The notes under the pieces were generated by a model. That model was not told the DNA's origin. It searched no databases and saw nothing but the letters and a program-made list of their open reading frames with translations. From a virus (taxonomy: Duplodnaviria > Caudoviricetes), in IMG/VR virus record IMGVR_UViG_3300028833_001955, positions 116 to 64,115 of that record: a stretch of DNA of 64,000 bases. One strand, 5' to 3'. Shown one piece after another: positions 10,901 to 20,503 of this stretch; within the stretch, counting starts at the first letter, position 1, and the number at the start of each line of letters is the position of its first letter. Both the position numbers and the translations under genes were made by a program.

Positions 10901-12442
10901 ACTATCACGGTGACAAATATACCTATAGATGATGTTTTCGGAGTGAAACCCAACAAAATAGGAAGGGTGGATATAAAGCAAGTGAATGTCACAAATCAGT
11001 CTGTTAGGATGATGATGAACAATATTGACGAACCAGATTCGATTGTGAAAGTCATTGTCCACAATCTTGAAAACACAAGAAGATATGAGTATTCCGACAT
11101 TGTTAACAGTGATGGTATTGTCTATATATCTAATGATTTCACATCGACTGATATATATGTTGGAAGTGGAAATATGTTTGTTGATATTGTTTTTCAAAAT
11201 ATCTTTGATGCAAACACCGGTGAGTCACTTGTATTCAAAGACTTTTATAGTGTTTTTGAGTCTTTGTCAACATACAACATCAAGAAGAATATAAACGATG
11301 ACATAATAGTGCATGATGATGTGGTGACAAGTAATGTATCATACTATTCAACGTCTGATGACATATACAAGATAGAAATTGAAGACCCTTATTCGTTCAA
11401 CACATACGATGTCTTCACAAGTACTCCACAGATTGTAATTGAGAGTGGATTCAGTACTCCGTGCTGTTCTGAAATTACATTGAAGGGTAATATTAATGAC
11501 ATAAATTTAAAGACTATAAATCGTTATTCTGGATATTACAATCCGATATTCAATATGGTCGTAGTTTTCGATGACTATAAGTATGGTGGAAATACATATA
11601 AGTTTTCAAATACTAAATTTGACACTGACTATAAAGACATATATGGAAGTTTTGGAAAGATAAGAAATTTATGGTTCCATAAGGTTAATGAAGAAACTCC
11701 AGACAAGATAATCACTATGATGAATCCGTTGTATCCAGCAATTGGACAATTTGCTTTGGATTACAGAGATTATAATGTGTTTGAAAGTAATTGGGATAAA
11801 GACTACTTCACTACACAAGTTGATTTGAATTTGTCAGAATTGTCTTCCGGTACATTGGCGACATTGAACAATCTTTCTATGTTTGGAAGCAAATACATTC
11901 ATGTTCCGGAAGAGATAACGATAGACACGTTCAACGATGATGTTGAATGGGATGACGATTATATCGTAGATTCGAGAAATCTTGATTTTGACATTATGCA
12001 CAAGGAAGTGAATGGAAATAGTGTTAAATTCTATTTGTTTCTGTATAATAGACTCGTTAGATATTTTTCAAAAGAAAGTCCATTGAGAGAAAGTTTTGAA
12101 AAGTATGTTAATCCAATTTACTCATATAAAGACAAGACTACGATAGAAGATGATATAAAGTCTTATGTTGAAAAAAATATTGTAGGATTGTATGATTTGG
12201 ATAGTATTACAATGTGGATAAATGGTAAAAAAGTTGGAATACATGACAGCAAAATAGACAATGATTATGTCACATACATATCTCTTACGAATAACGAAAA
12301 GATGAATAAGAATTTCAAAAGAGTGAATACATTCTCTGTCAATAAACTAACAAACAATAAATTCGACAAACTTATTACATATAATTTGAAAACTGGTTAT
12401 AAAGAAGATTTTGGATTTAGTTTTACGATAAAGAAGATATAA
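7991..12442 (+). CDS. Large virion structural protein (baseplate-like, unassigned)
   Basis: About 1480 aa, Asn/Asp/Tyr-rich, behind a late-promoter motif; no specific family recognised. Confidence 0.5.
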   Translation: MSKIFNGQYTRLDDDVSMQLVRTNPLLTTNTKLMYDGKNMYLESYNANSLLVTQKYKNVSIKGTSPFNRDIRNFLLGTFESAYDVFQKESDFSICDNYDKQFETMYWCGAESIDSKQYPQELGFIAPLYLRKKLPNYFVIFKVDGPSNFNLTFDENGKPIDDEFNINTDIISNAKIVKSFDLREGTPIGNYIKKYIEQPGFEFDKSIYVNFSSNEITYYGIDKKHGVMTSKVENFRTELLENDNTILHSDEWITSGFKRNNLIFPYIINFEFLFDDNDTENYKFARYFGLYCNDIDLFEFEAKYRSNAFIVSKPEELLEKTVLNRSGYKNIRLVFDKTEELGTYNYDRTDKLSFYYIKDKFNGIHQVYDMYDNYFDMDNTKIVEITDKEFDLSTICGFENDSVSSYCERVNGGGKSEFAFTINKKFRQGEEIRFYKDGTVYKTFTAVTEDDANPLGIGQFEGTKFSTRGTLKDMTKALCDCINSLDDEEHFFDAIYKDTNVVLRCVYSNENVGLDYAIVPDNSLIVNNRITINGNTRHLEGGCSTKGCVFKINASDKRQFTNDRYLKSGDDNKKNAKIVSCVPFVNENDEIENDYYEVSTDDNGQFVSVSNTNMVEIVDRFYPKFGILSFFPVFDFDFDLVFSNYGSCRAFVDECKKMEEKSKDMFVNENVEYERSSVMTLANGYLRDSDGRPIESEYEYFMENLIPELSTENKSVPYVNKWGYYDDEKDSCENSYRLNMSKVFDTSNLSSNTFTFEHSIHEHTHSMPYYVTKDESMCSGDNYQYVYDNIGIYSYQQINGSTVYESFLKRCVDIFMDTDVDNFEKLVCRKTDDNKRFTKKYSRMKFGGEDRFSSTLFRGVKFNIKKIIDDNEIYSSDFNDYRFTFLYIPIELPSIYVSNKVYFVKNDTFKFIVGFVIVNTLSGGITTDNYEDSEYYLYNTYSIDDFCKAYIYGGCYGLLALPITNNTESETITVTNIPIDDVFGVKPNKIGRVDIKQVNVTNQSVRMMMNNIDEPDSIVKVIVHNLENTRRYEYSDIVNSDGIVYISNDFTSTDIYVGSGNMFVDIVFQNIFDANTGESLVFKDFYSVFESLSTYNIKKNINDDIIVHDDVVTSNVSYYSTSDDIYKIEIEDPYSFNTYDVFTSTPQIVIESGFSTPCCSEITLKGNINDINLKTINRYSGYYNPIFNMVVVFDDYKYGGNTYKFSNTKFDTDYKDIYGSFGKIRNLWFHKVNEETPDKIITMMNPLYPAIGQFALDYRDYNVFESNWDKDYFTTQVDLNLSELSSGTLATLNNLSMFGSKYIHVPEEITIDTFNDDVEWDDDYIVDSRNLDFDIMHKEVNGNSVKFYLFLYNRLVRYFSKESPLRESFEKYVNPIYSYKDKTTIEDDIKSYVEKNIVGLYDLDSITMWINGKKVGIHDSKIDNDYVTYISLTNNEKMNKNFKRVNTFSVNKLTNNKFDKLITYNLKTGYKEDFGFSFTIKKI

Positions 12443-12474
12443 AAAAAAAGAGGTGAGTACTCACCTCTTTTTTT
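12441..12474. terminator. Bidirectional terminator (perfect palindrome)
   Basis: A-tract, GAGGTGAGTACTCACCTC, T-tract between convergent genes. Confidence 0.85.
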
Positions 12475-14182
12475 AGTCTATTTTGAAAATCCACTTAAAT
12501 ACATTCGATGGTCTTGGTGGAACTGGGAATATGAATGAAGTTGTTCCAGTAATCTCATTTTTTATTATAGTGAATATTCCAGTCATATCTTGTACAGCAG
12601 TTGTGTCTCCAACAAGTATTTCTTTCATTAACAATGCAGCATAATTTCTCTGTGTTGGAATAACCGGTACCAATGGTTCGTCACCACCCGTTGGATTATC
12701 ATCGTCGATATCTATATCAATATCACCACCTCCCCATATTGAACCACCACCTGGTGTAACACTTCCACCACCAGATGTTGAACCTCCACCACCGGATGTT
12801 GAACCTCCATTTATTATTATCGTTCCGGAACCAAAATTATCAAAATTTAAATTTGATGAAGCCGCTTGAACTAAATTTAAGAATCCTATATTTGAAAGGT
12901 AGTTTGGAATTCTGTAATATTTTGTTTCATTATTTGAATCTGTGTATTTAAACCTGATATTTACTCCATCCATATTCGTAGTATATGGCGTCGGTTTACT
13001 TGTTACATTTGACATAATAATAGCAGTATTGAGTGATTCCCAATGCTTCGGTGTCTTTTTTGTTCTAGGATATAGCATAAGTGTATATTTTGGAATACCA
13101 AGATACACTTGTTCATCACCATTATTTGCTTTTATCTCTTTTGAACTCATTATCATACCAGTAACATTTACAGCAGATGACAACCTTATTTGTTTTGTTG
13201 GTGTAACTGACATGACTCCACCGACATCAAAACCAGATGAGTTATCGACCTTTACATAGTTAATACCACTTAAATTACTTATTGATAATGAATTGGTATT
13301 TATAATAGATGATGTTACTGAAGATGTTGTCGAGATATTTCCAGTGACTTTTAATCTGCCTGTTATATCGACGTTGTTTTGAAATTTGGTGTCACCTGAA
13401 ATTTTTATTGAAGATTGTTCAACAGATATGTTATTCACTGAACCATTCGAATTTATCTTTACCTCATCACCAGTAATAGTCACGAGACTTGAACTTCTAC
13501 CACTTCCGGCGTCTCCTATTGTAATTGGTTGCAATGTTCCAATTGTAAGTGGAAGTTGAGATGACATTTTAAATTCAGTATTGTCTGCCTTAATTGAACT
13601 CTGTACACTTCTGTTAGAAATGAAACCAATATCTTCTTTTATACACAAAGTATTTGTTGGTGTATATTGTAATATATCTTTTAATTTTTCACCTTTTGGT
13701 AGGATGAGTTGTGTATATGGAGAACTCATTATCAGAATATTATCAACAACATCAAACTGAGGTGACGCTGCATCCCCTTGTTCACCTCTTTCACCTTGTG
13801 GTCCTTTAAGATTTGTCAAATTGTCTATATTTGAAACAAATGTACCATCTTCTTCACTTTTGGTGATATGACCGATATATCCGTTTGTGAAGAAAACAAA
13901 GTCGTCTTCTTCAAATTCCCTATCTGAGTTTTGGATTATGTACGATGCTTTTTTGTTGTTGAAATTTTTCAACATACTTGGGTCTACACTTTCGTCGTAA
14001 ACATCGAAAACTTGTATTTCGTGACCACGTTTTCCGGTTGCACCTGTTGCTCCAGTTTCACCGTTTGCACCTCTCGGACCACCTCCATTTCGAGCAATTG
14101 ATGAAAAATTATCGTTACACTTTTCCATGAACTGCTTTATGTTGTCGGATTTTTTAATTTCTTCGATATGTATTTCTGACAT
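12473..14182 (-). CDS. Fibre-like protein with collagen Gly-X-Y segments
   Basis: GPRGANGETGATGATGKRG and GPQGERGEQG, a beta-rich middle and a GGGS-rich C-terminal linker; own CATAAATA at 14205-14212 (minus). Confidence 0.65.
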   Translation of the reverse strand: MSEIHIEEIKKSDNIKQFMEKCNDNFSSIARNGGGPRGANGETGATGATGKRGHEIQVFDVYDESVDPSMLKNFNNKKASYIIQNSDREFEEDDFVFFTNGYIGHITKSEEDGTFVSNIDNLTNLKGPQGERGEQGDAASPQFDVVDNILIMSSPYTQLILPKGEKLKDILQYTPTNTLCIKEDIGFISNRSVQSSIKADNTEFKMSSQLPLTIGTLQPITIGDAGSGRSSSLVTITGDEVKINSNGSVNNISVEQSSIKISGDTKFQNNVDITGRLKVTGNISTTSSVTSSIINTNSLSISNLSGINYVKVDNSSGFDVGGVMSVTPTKQIRLSSAVNVTGMIMSSKEIKANNGDEQVYLGIPKYTLMLYPRTKKTPKHWESLNTAIIMSNVTSKPTPYTTNMDGVNIRFKYTDSNNETKYYRIPNYLSNIGFLNLVQAASSNLNFDNFGSGTIIINGGSTSGGGGSTSGGGSVTPGGGSIWGGGDIDIDIDDDNPTGGDEPLVPVIPTQRNYAALLMKEILVGDTTAVQDMTGIFTIIKNEITGTTSFIFPVPPRPSNVFKWIFKID

Positions 14183-14207
14183 ATTTATCGTTCTTTATAT
14201 AGTATAT

Positions 14208-14900
14208 TTATGTGGTTGAATTGTTTTCATTGTCTATTATTTTTGTACATTCTTTTATCCACCATTCTCTAAGTTCTTTCACATGTCTCATTCTATTCAA
14301 GTCAACACTAAACATAAAATCTTCCATTTTCAATAAAATAGATTTATTGTGTCTTGTTGTGATGTACATATCACCAGAACCAACTATTTCTTTAAATTCT
14401 TTCTTAAATTTTTCACATAATTTTGAAAGTTCTGAATCTTCACCAAATTTTATAACCTTATCAATATCTGGAAAAGACTTTTCATCTATTATCACAATAT
14501 AATAATCAGTAAACCCTCTTATATTATTCTCTACGATATCGAGGTCTTTCATAATATGTCTGAGATATTTTATCACAGAATTGTATAGTGTTTCATCAAT
14601 AACCAATCTAAGTCCATATTTTGAAATATTTTGTGACAAAGTTGAATATGTGTAACATAACATGGAGTATTCATTTCCACATTCTATTTCAACACTTTCT
14701 TTGTATTTTTTTGCAGTTTCGGATGAATAAAAAGTACAATTCATGTGTGATAATGTTTTCTGCACTTTATCAAGAAACATTTTTTCATCAAAATTTATCG
14801 GTACTATGACTTTACAACCATCGACATAAAGGTATTTTCCATCTTCGTTTCTTAATGTTTTTTCGAAATATTCGTCTGTTATATTTTTCAAAATACCCAT
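14208..14900 (-). CDS. MGILK-leader protein, family B (no repeats)
   Basis: Starts MGILKNITDEYFEKTLRNED; body aligns by eye with 15742-16461. Confidence 0.75.
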   Translation of the reverse strand: MGILKNITDEYFEKTLRNEDGKYLYVDGCKVIVPINFDEKMFLDKVQKTLSHMNCTFYSSETAKKYKESVEIECGNEYSMLCYTYSTLSQNISKYGLRLVIDETLYNSVIKYLRHIMKDLDIVENNIRGFTDYYIVIIDEKSFPDIDKVIKFGEDSELSKLCEKFKKEFKEIVGSGDMYITTRHNKSILLKMEDFMFSVDLNRMRHVKELREWWIKECTKIIDNENNSTT

Positions 14901-14901
14901 A

Positions 14902-15726
14902 TTATTTCATTTTAGGTTTATATTCGTCTTTTATTGGACAATTATTAAACATATCTTTTGTAAATTTTTCAACTAAATTCCATTCTGATAAATCTCGGTT
15001 GAATGATGTAGCATCATAAAACATATAATTCATATTTGTAACATTTGATACGTCCCAACCATCAATAGGTTGGTTGAATGATGTTGCACCATTAAACATA
15101 TTGGTCATACTTATAACTTTTGATACGTTCCAATTACCAATAGATTGGTTGAATGATGTTGCATATCGAAACATATGACTTATATTTTTAACTTTTGAAA
15201 TATTCCAATCACCTATTGGTTGGTTGAATGATTCTGCATAATAAAACATACCACACATATCTTTAACATTTGAAACATTCCAATTATCAATAGGTTGATT
15301 GAATGATTCTGCACTAAGAAACATACCACTCATATCTTGAACACTACTAACATTCCAATTACCAATAGGTTGGTTGAATGATATAGCATCATAAAACATA
15401 TCACTCATATCTTTAACTTTTGATACGTTCCAACCGGTTATATCCCCGTTGAAAGTACTATATTCTTTAAATAATGCACTCATATTTATAATATCGGAAG
15501 TATCTATATCATTGAAGTCGCCCTCATTACCTCTAACCTCAATCATTCTTTCCAATAATTTTCTTAGATTTTTTAAACCTTTCGGTTTATAACCTCTTTT
15601 ATGAATATTACCATTATTATCGGTAAAAGAAACAATTTCAACATCGAGACCCGTTAAATCTATCTTATCCTCTTCTCTTAATGTCTTACTGAAATATTCG
15701 TCTGTCAATTTTTTAAGTATACCCAT
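14902..15726 (-). CDS. MGILK-leader DUF285/BspA-type repeat protein (7 units)
   Basis: FNQPIGxWxVSxVxxMxxMF repeats and CPIKDEYKPKMK C-cap. Confidence 0.9.
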   Translation of the reverse strand: MGILKKLTDEYFSKTLREEDKIDLTGLDVEIVSFTDNNGNIHKRGYKPKGLKNLRKLLERMIEVRGNEGDFNDIDTSDIINMSALFKEYSTFNGDITGWNVSKVKDMSDMFYDAISFNQPIGNWNVSSVQDMSGMFLSAESFNQPIDNWNVSNVKDMCGMFYYAESFNQPIGDWNISKVKNISHMFRYATSFNQSIGNWNVSKVISMTNMFNGATSFNQPIDGWDVSNVTNMNYMFYDATSFNRDLSEWNLVEKFTKDMFNNCPIKDEYKPKMK

Positions 15727-15741
15727 ATCTATTTCTATTTT

Positions 15742-16461
15742 TTATCCTTCTGAATCATCCTCATCATAATCAAATCCGAAATATGTTCTTGGACCTTGTT
15801 TTTTAATTTCAGACAAAGTATTGTCCCACCATTCAACCATATCTTTTGCATATAAAATTGTTTTAAATTCAATTGGTAAATTAAGTGTGTAATTATAATA
15901 TTTGATTGAATGTAAATCATCTTCGGATATATCTGCCTTTTCTCCAAATTCTTCTATAAAATATTCTATAAGTTCATCATAAGCACTTTGTAATTCAAAT
16001 TCATTCAATTCATCTTCACCACTATATAATGCATCATCTATTCCACCTTCATCAACTAAACAGATATAATCTTTACTTCTTTCGTCATCAATAGGTACAT
16101 CTTCTAAAAGATGTGTGAGTAATTTTATAATCGAGTTGAAAGTTGTTTCATTTGGAATATCTTCAGTTGTTAAATAATTTTCTGATATAATATCCTCATA
16201 TTTTGAGATACAAAGATGATATGAATTACCACACTCGATGTTTATAAATTTACTATTATCTGTTTGTTCATACCAATATTCTGAAACAAATTCAGTAATA
16301 TCGTCGGTATCCAAAACAAGTTCAACGGAATATAAAAAACGTTTTTCATCCCAATCTTGGGGAACAATTACTTCACATCCATGAACTGTAATTTTTTTTC
16401 CATCTTCTTTTCTTACAGTCTCACCGAAATATTCTTCGGTTATAGTTTTAAGTATTCCCAT
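15742..16461 (-). CDS. MGILK-leader protein, family B (no repeats), acidic
   Basis: Starts MGILKTITEEYFGETVRKED. Confidence 0.75.
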   Translation of the reverse strand: MGILKTITEEYFGETVRKEDGKKITVHGCEVIVPQDWDEKRFLYSVELVLDTDDITEFVSEYWYEQTDNSKFINIECGNSYHLCISKYEDIISENYLTTEDIPNETTFNSIIKLLTHLLEDVPIDDERSKDYICLVDEGGIDDALYSGEDELNEFELQSAYDELIEYFIEEFGEKADISEDDLHSIKYYNYTLNLPIEFKTILYAKDMVEWWDNTLSEIKKQGPRTYFGFDYDEDDSEG

Positions 16462-16462
16462 G

Positions 16463-17509
16463 TTATTTCATTTTAGGTTTATATTCGTCTTTTATCGGAC
16501 AATTAAAAAATATATCGCTTGTATATTTTTCAGTTAAATCCCATTTTGATAAATCTTGATTAAATGATGTATCATACTTAAACATAGATTCCATAAATAT
16601 AACTTTTGATACATCCCAATCACCTATTGGTTGGTTGAATGATGTTGCATTATAAAACATACAACTCATATTTTCAACACTACTAACATTCCAATTACCA
16701 ATAGGTTTATTGAATGATATAGCATTATAAAACATATAATTCATATTTATAACTTTTGAAACATTCCAATCACCTATTGGTTGGTTGAATGATAGTGCAT
16801 CACGAAACATCATACACATATATTTAACATTACTAACATTCCATTCACCAATAGGTTGATTGAATGATTTTGCATTATCAAACATATCATTCATATCTGT
16901 AACATTACTAACATCCCATTTTCCAATAGTTTGATTGAATGGTGTACTATAAAACATACGACTCATATCTGTAACCTTTGATACATTCCAATCACCAATA
17001 GGTTGATTGAATGACGTAGCACCATAAAACATATCATTCATATCTGTAACATTACTAACATCCCATTTTCCAATAGGTTGGTTAAATGATTCTGCATTAT
17101 AAAACATACGACTCATATCTGTAACCTTTGATACATTCCAATCACCAATAGGTTGATTAAATGATGTTGCACCATAAAACATATAACTCATATTTTTAAC
17201 ATTTGAAACATCCCAACCAGAAATATCTCCATTAAATCTTTCTTTTTCACTAAATAAAAAAGGCATATCTTCAATATTGGAAGTATCTATATCGTTGAAA
17301 TCACCCTCATCACCCCTCACTTCAATCATTTTTTCCAATAATTTTATTAGATTTTTTAAATCTTTAGGTTTATAACCTCTTCCATGATATTTTTTATTGT
17401 TGTCGGTGAAAGAAACTATTTCAACATCAAGACCCGTTAAATCTATCATGTCTTCTTCTCTTACCGTCTCACCGAAATATTCATTGGTTATAGTTTTAAG
17501 TATTCCCAT
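16463..17509 (-). CDS. MGILK-leader DUF285/BspA-type repeat protein (10 units)
   Basis: 25-aa repeats with an internal duplication of about 50 aa. Confidence 0.9.
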   Translation of the reverse strand: MGILKTITNEYFGETVREEDMIDLTGLDVEIVSFTDNNKKYHGRGYKPKDLKNLIKLLEKMIEVRGDEGDFNDIDTSNIEDMPFLFSEKERFNGDISGWDVSNVKNMSYMFYGATSFNQPIGDWNVSKVTDMSRMFYNAESFNQPIGKWDVSNVTDMNDMFYGATSFNQPIGDWNVSKVTDMSRMFYSTPFNQTIGKWDVSNVTDMNDMFDNAKSFNQPIGEWNVSNVKYMCMMFRDALSFNQPIGDWNVSKVINMNYMFYNAISFNKPIGNWNVSSVENMSCMFYNATSFNQPIGDWDVSKVIFMESMFKYDTSFNQDLSKWDLTEKYTSDIFFNCPIKDEYKPKMK

Positions 17510-17510
17510 A

Positions 17511-18494
17511 TTATTCTATATTAGGTTTCATCTTTGGTTTGTATTCGTCTTTTATTGGACAACCATCAAACATATCTGTTGTATTTTTTTCAACCAAATT
17601 CCATTTTGATAAATCTTGACTAAAAAATGTTGTATAAAAAAACATACGACTCATATCTGTAACATTTGATACGTCCCATTTTCCAATAGGTTGATTGAAT
17701 GATTCTGCACCAGAAAACATATAATTCATATATTTAACATTTGATACGTCCCATTTTCCAATAGGTTGATTGAATGATTCTGCATTATAAAACATACTAT
17801 CCATAGTTGTAACATTTAAAACATTCCAATTACCAATAGGTTGATTGAATGATGTTGCATAAAAAAACATATAACTCATATTTTCAACCCTTGAAACGTC
17901 CCATTTTCCAATAGGTTGGTTGAATGATTCTACAGCATGAAACATAGATTCCATAGTTTTAACGTTTGAAACATCCCAATTACCAATGGGTTGATTAAAT
18001 GATGTATTAAGAAACATATTACTCATATCTGTAACATTTGAAACATCCCAATTACCAATGGGTTGGTTGAATGATGTTGCACCAGAAAACATATAACCCA
18101 TATTCTCAACACTTGAAACGTCCCATTTTCCAATAGGTTGGTTGAATGATGTTGCACCTTTAAACATAAAATTCATATCTTCAACTTTTGATACATTCCA
18201 ACCAGAAATATTACCATTAAATCTTTCTATTTCATAAAATAACGAGTTCATACTTTTAATATTGGAAGTGTCTATATCATTGAAGTCACCATCATTACCT
18301 CTAACCTCAATCATTCTTTTCAATAATTCTTTCAAGTTATCTTTATCTTTAGGTTTATAACCTCTTCCATGATATTTTTTATTGTTGTCGGTGAAAGAAA
18401 CTATTTCAACATCAAGACCCGTTAAATCTATCATGTCTTCTTCTCTTACAGTCTCACCGAAATATTCTTCGGTTATAGTTTTAAGTATTCCCAT
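17511..18494 (-). CDS. MGILK-leader DUF285/BspA-type repeat protein (9 units)
   Basis: Start placed at MGILK (18494) by homology to its paralogues. Confidence 0.9.
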   Translation of the reverse strand: MGILKTITEEYFGETVREEDMIDLTGLDVEIVSFTDNNKKYHGRGYKPKDKDNLKELLKRMIEVRGNDGDFNDIDTSNIKSMNSLFYEIERFNGNISGWNVSKVEDMNFMFKGATSFNQPIGKWDVSSVENMGYMFSGATSFNQPIGNWDVSNVTDMSNMFLNTSFNQPIGNWDVSNVKTMESMFHAVESFNQPIGKWDVSRVENMSYMFFYATSFNQPIGNWNVLNVTTMDSMFYNAESFNQPIGKWDVSNVKYMNYMFSGAESFNQPIGKWDVSNVTDMSRMFFYTTFFSQDLSKWNLVEKNTTDMFDGCPIKDEYKPKMKPNIE

Positions 18495-18498
18495 ATTA

Positions 18499-19419
18499 TT
18501 ACATCTTAGGTTTATATTCATCTTTTATCGGACAATCATCAAACATATCTGTTGTTTCTTTTTCAGTTAAATCCCATTTTGATAAATCTTGATTGAAGGA
18601 TTTTGCACTATTAAACATCCAATTCATACTTTCAACATTTGAAATATCCCAATCACCTATTGGCTGGTTAAACGATGTAGCACCATAAAACATAGCATTC
18701 ATTTTTTTAGCATTTGATACATTCAACTTATTAAGTGGTTGATTGAATGATTCTGTACTATTAAACATACCATCCATATATTGTACTTTGGATGTATCCC
18801 AATTATCAATGGGTTGATTGAATGATATTGCACCATAAAACATATAAGACATACTAAATACGTTTTCTGTTTTCCATGAATTTAGTTTTTTATCAAAATT
18901 ATCACAAGTACTAAACATAAATCCCATAGTTCTTACTTTCGAAACATTCCAATCACCGATGGGTTGGTTAAATACATGGCAACCAGAAAACATTGCATAC
19001 ATGTCCGTCACATTAGATACATCCCATTTTGTTATATCAGAATTAAATGATTCTGCATCACGGAACATAGATTCCATATTTGTAACTTTTGACACATCCC
19101 AACCCGAAATATTTCCGTTGAATGTTTTAAATGGAAGTTTAGTATAGTCTTTTTTCTTACTGTCCCATCTTGAACCAAAAATATATGACATATCTGTAAT
19201 ATTTGACACATCAATGTCGTTTAAGTCGGCATTGTCACCTCTTACCTTTATTAATTTTTCCACCAATTTTTCTAATTTATCATGGTCTCCATCGGGTATA
19301 TAAAAACCATCTTCATGTACGGTCCCATTTTTATCTGTAAATTTATGTCTTTCTATTCCATCTTCTTGTCTTTCAGTTTTACCGAAATATTCGTCGGTTA
19401 TATTTTTTAGAATACCCAT
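18499..19419 (-). CDS. MGILK-leader DUF285/BspA-type repeat protein (8 units, divergent)
   Basis: Leader MGILKNITDEYFGKTERQED; first gene of array 1. Confidence 0.9.
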   Translation of the reverse strand: MGILKNITDEYFGKTERQEDGIERHKFTDKNGTVHEDGFYIPDGDHDKLEKLVEKLIKVRGDNADLNDIDVSNITDMSYIFGSRWDSKKKDYTKLPFKTFNGNISGWDVSKVTNMESMFRDAESFNSDITKWDVSNVTDMYAMFSGCHVFNQPIGDWNVSKVRTMGFMFSTCDNFDKKLNSWKTENVFSMSYMFYGAISFNQPIDNWDTSKVQYMDGMFNSTESFNQPLNKLNVSNAKKMNAMFYGATSFNQPIGDWDISNVESMNWMFNSAKSFNQDLSKWDLTEKETTDMFDDCPIKDEYKPKM

Positions 19420-19443
19420 ATAATATTTATTGTGTTTTTATTA

Positions 19444-19460
19444 TATTTATGCCATAAATA
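19444..19460. promoter_or_regulatory. Back-to-back late-promoter pair TATTTATG-C-CATAAATA
   Basis: Inverted octamers with a 1-nt spacer between divergent genes. Confidence 0.7.
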
Positions 19461-19480
19461 TAGTAAAATACAAATAAAAT

Positions 19481-19750
19481 ATGAGAATTTTAAAACTTCC
19501 AGTGAATGAATATTGGTATAATTTGATTCTTTCTGGAGAGATTACTCACGATTATCGAGAAATAAAACCTTATTGGATAAAACGACTTGAAAATAAAGAA
19601 TATGATATTGTTGAATTTTATCATAGATTTAAAAAAGATATAACACCTATAAGATATAAATTTGAATGGATTAAGAAAGGAAGGCTTGTTAATTACAATA
19701 TGGATGCCTATATAATAAAATTCGGTGAAAAAATAAAAGAGGAACTATAA
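19481..19750 (+). CDS. ASCH-domain-like small protein
   Basis: LKLPVNEYWYNLILSGEITHDYREIKPYWIKRL resembles the ASCH N-terminus (G.K..E.R pattern partly diverged). Confidence 0.6.
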   Translation: MRILKLPVNEYWYNLILSGEITHDYREIKPYWIKRLENKEYDIVEFYHRFKKDITPIRYKFEWIKKGRLVNYNMDAYIIKFGEKIKEEL

Positions 19751-19774
19751 AGTCCCTCTTTTTTTGTTATATTT
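19739..19774 (+). terminator. Imperfect terminator whose T-tract runs into a TTGTTATATTT promoter-like site (19764-19774)
   Basis: GAGGAACT-ataa-AGTCCCTC followed by a T-run. Confidence 0.55.
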
Positions 19775-19779
19775 AGGTT

Positions 19780-20499
19780 ATGGAAAAATATACAGAAGAA
19801 AATCCTTTAAAGGTTTTTACAACATTTTCAGGATATGACAGTCAATGTCTCGCCTTGAAGAAAGCTGGAATCCCTTTTGACCTTGTTGGATGGAGTGAGA
19901 TAGAAAAACGTGCAATTATGGCACACAACGCTTTGTTCCCTGAATACAAGGATAGGAACTATGGTGATATTTGCAAGATAGATTGGGAAAACGTGCCGGA
20001 TTTCGACCTCTTCACATACAGTTCGCCATGCACATCATTTAGTATTGCTGGACAAATGCTCGGTGGTGAAGAAGGTAGTGGTACAAAATCGTCACTTTTG
20101 TGGGAATGCAAGAAAGCTATTGAAATTAAGAAACCGAAATATCTGATGCTTGAAAATGTTAAGATGTTGGTTTCTAATAATTTTATCAACACATTTAAGA
20201 AATGGATTAGTTTTTTGGATTCTCTCGAATATATATCAAAATGGAAGGTTTTGAATGGAAGAGATTATGGAATTCCTCAAGACCGGAGTCGTGTTTTCTT
20301 GGTTTCCATACTCAATCCAGAACAGGATTTTGATTTTCCGAGAGGAAAACCACTTAAAACAACGGTTGAAGATTTTATGCTTACGAAAGCCGAACTCGGT
20401 AAAGAGTTGTATGACAAATTGTGTGTTAAAAAAGAAATAGTTGACAATTATGTGAAATACAATGAGCATTTTTTAAAATTTGCAGTGAAACAAAAGTAA
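19780..20499 (+). CDS. Split C5 DNA methyltransferase, N-terminal catalytic part
   Basis: FTTFSGYDS (motif I variant), SSPCTSFS (IV), LENV (VI) and QDRSRVF (VIII). Confidence 0.88.
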   Translation: MEKYTEENPLKVFTTFSGYDSQCLALKKAGIPFDLVGWSEIEKRAIMAHNALFPEYKDRNYGDICKIDWENVPDFDLFTYSSPCTSFSIAGQMLGGEEGSGTKSSLLWECKKAIEIKKPKYLMLENVKMLVSNNFINTFKKWISFLDSLEYISKWKVLNGRDYGIPQDRSRVFLVSILNPEQDFDFPRGKPLKTTVEDFMLTKAELGKELYDKLCVKKEIVDNYVKYNEHFLKFAVKQK

Positions 20500-20503
20500 T
20501 TAT

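Noticed and set aside
14902-19419. CRISPR array or non-coding repeat interpretation of the 75-bp periodicity
   Set aside because: The repeats are in-frame coding units of intact ORFs, with no constant-repeat/unique-spacer structure.
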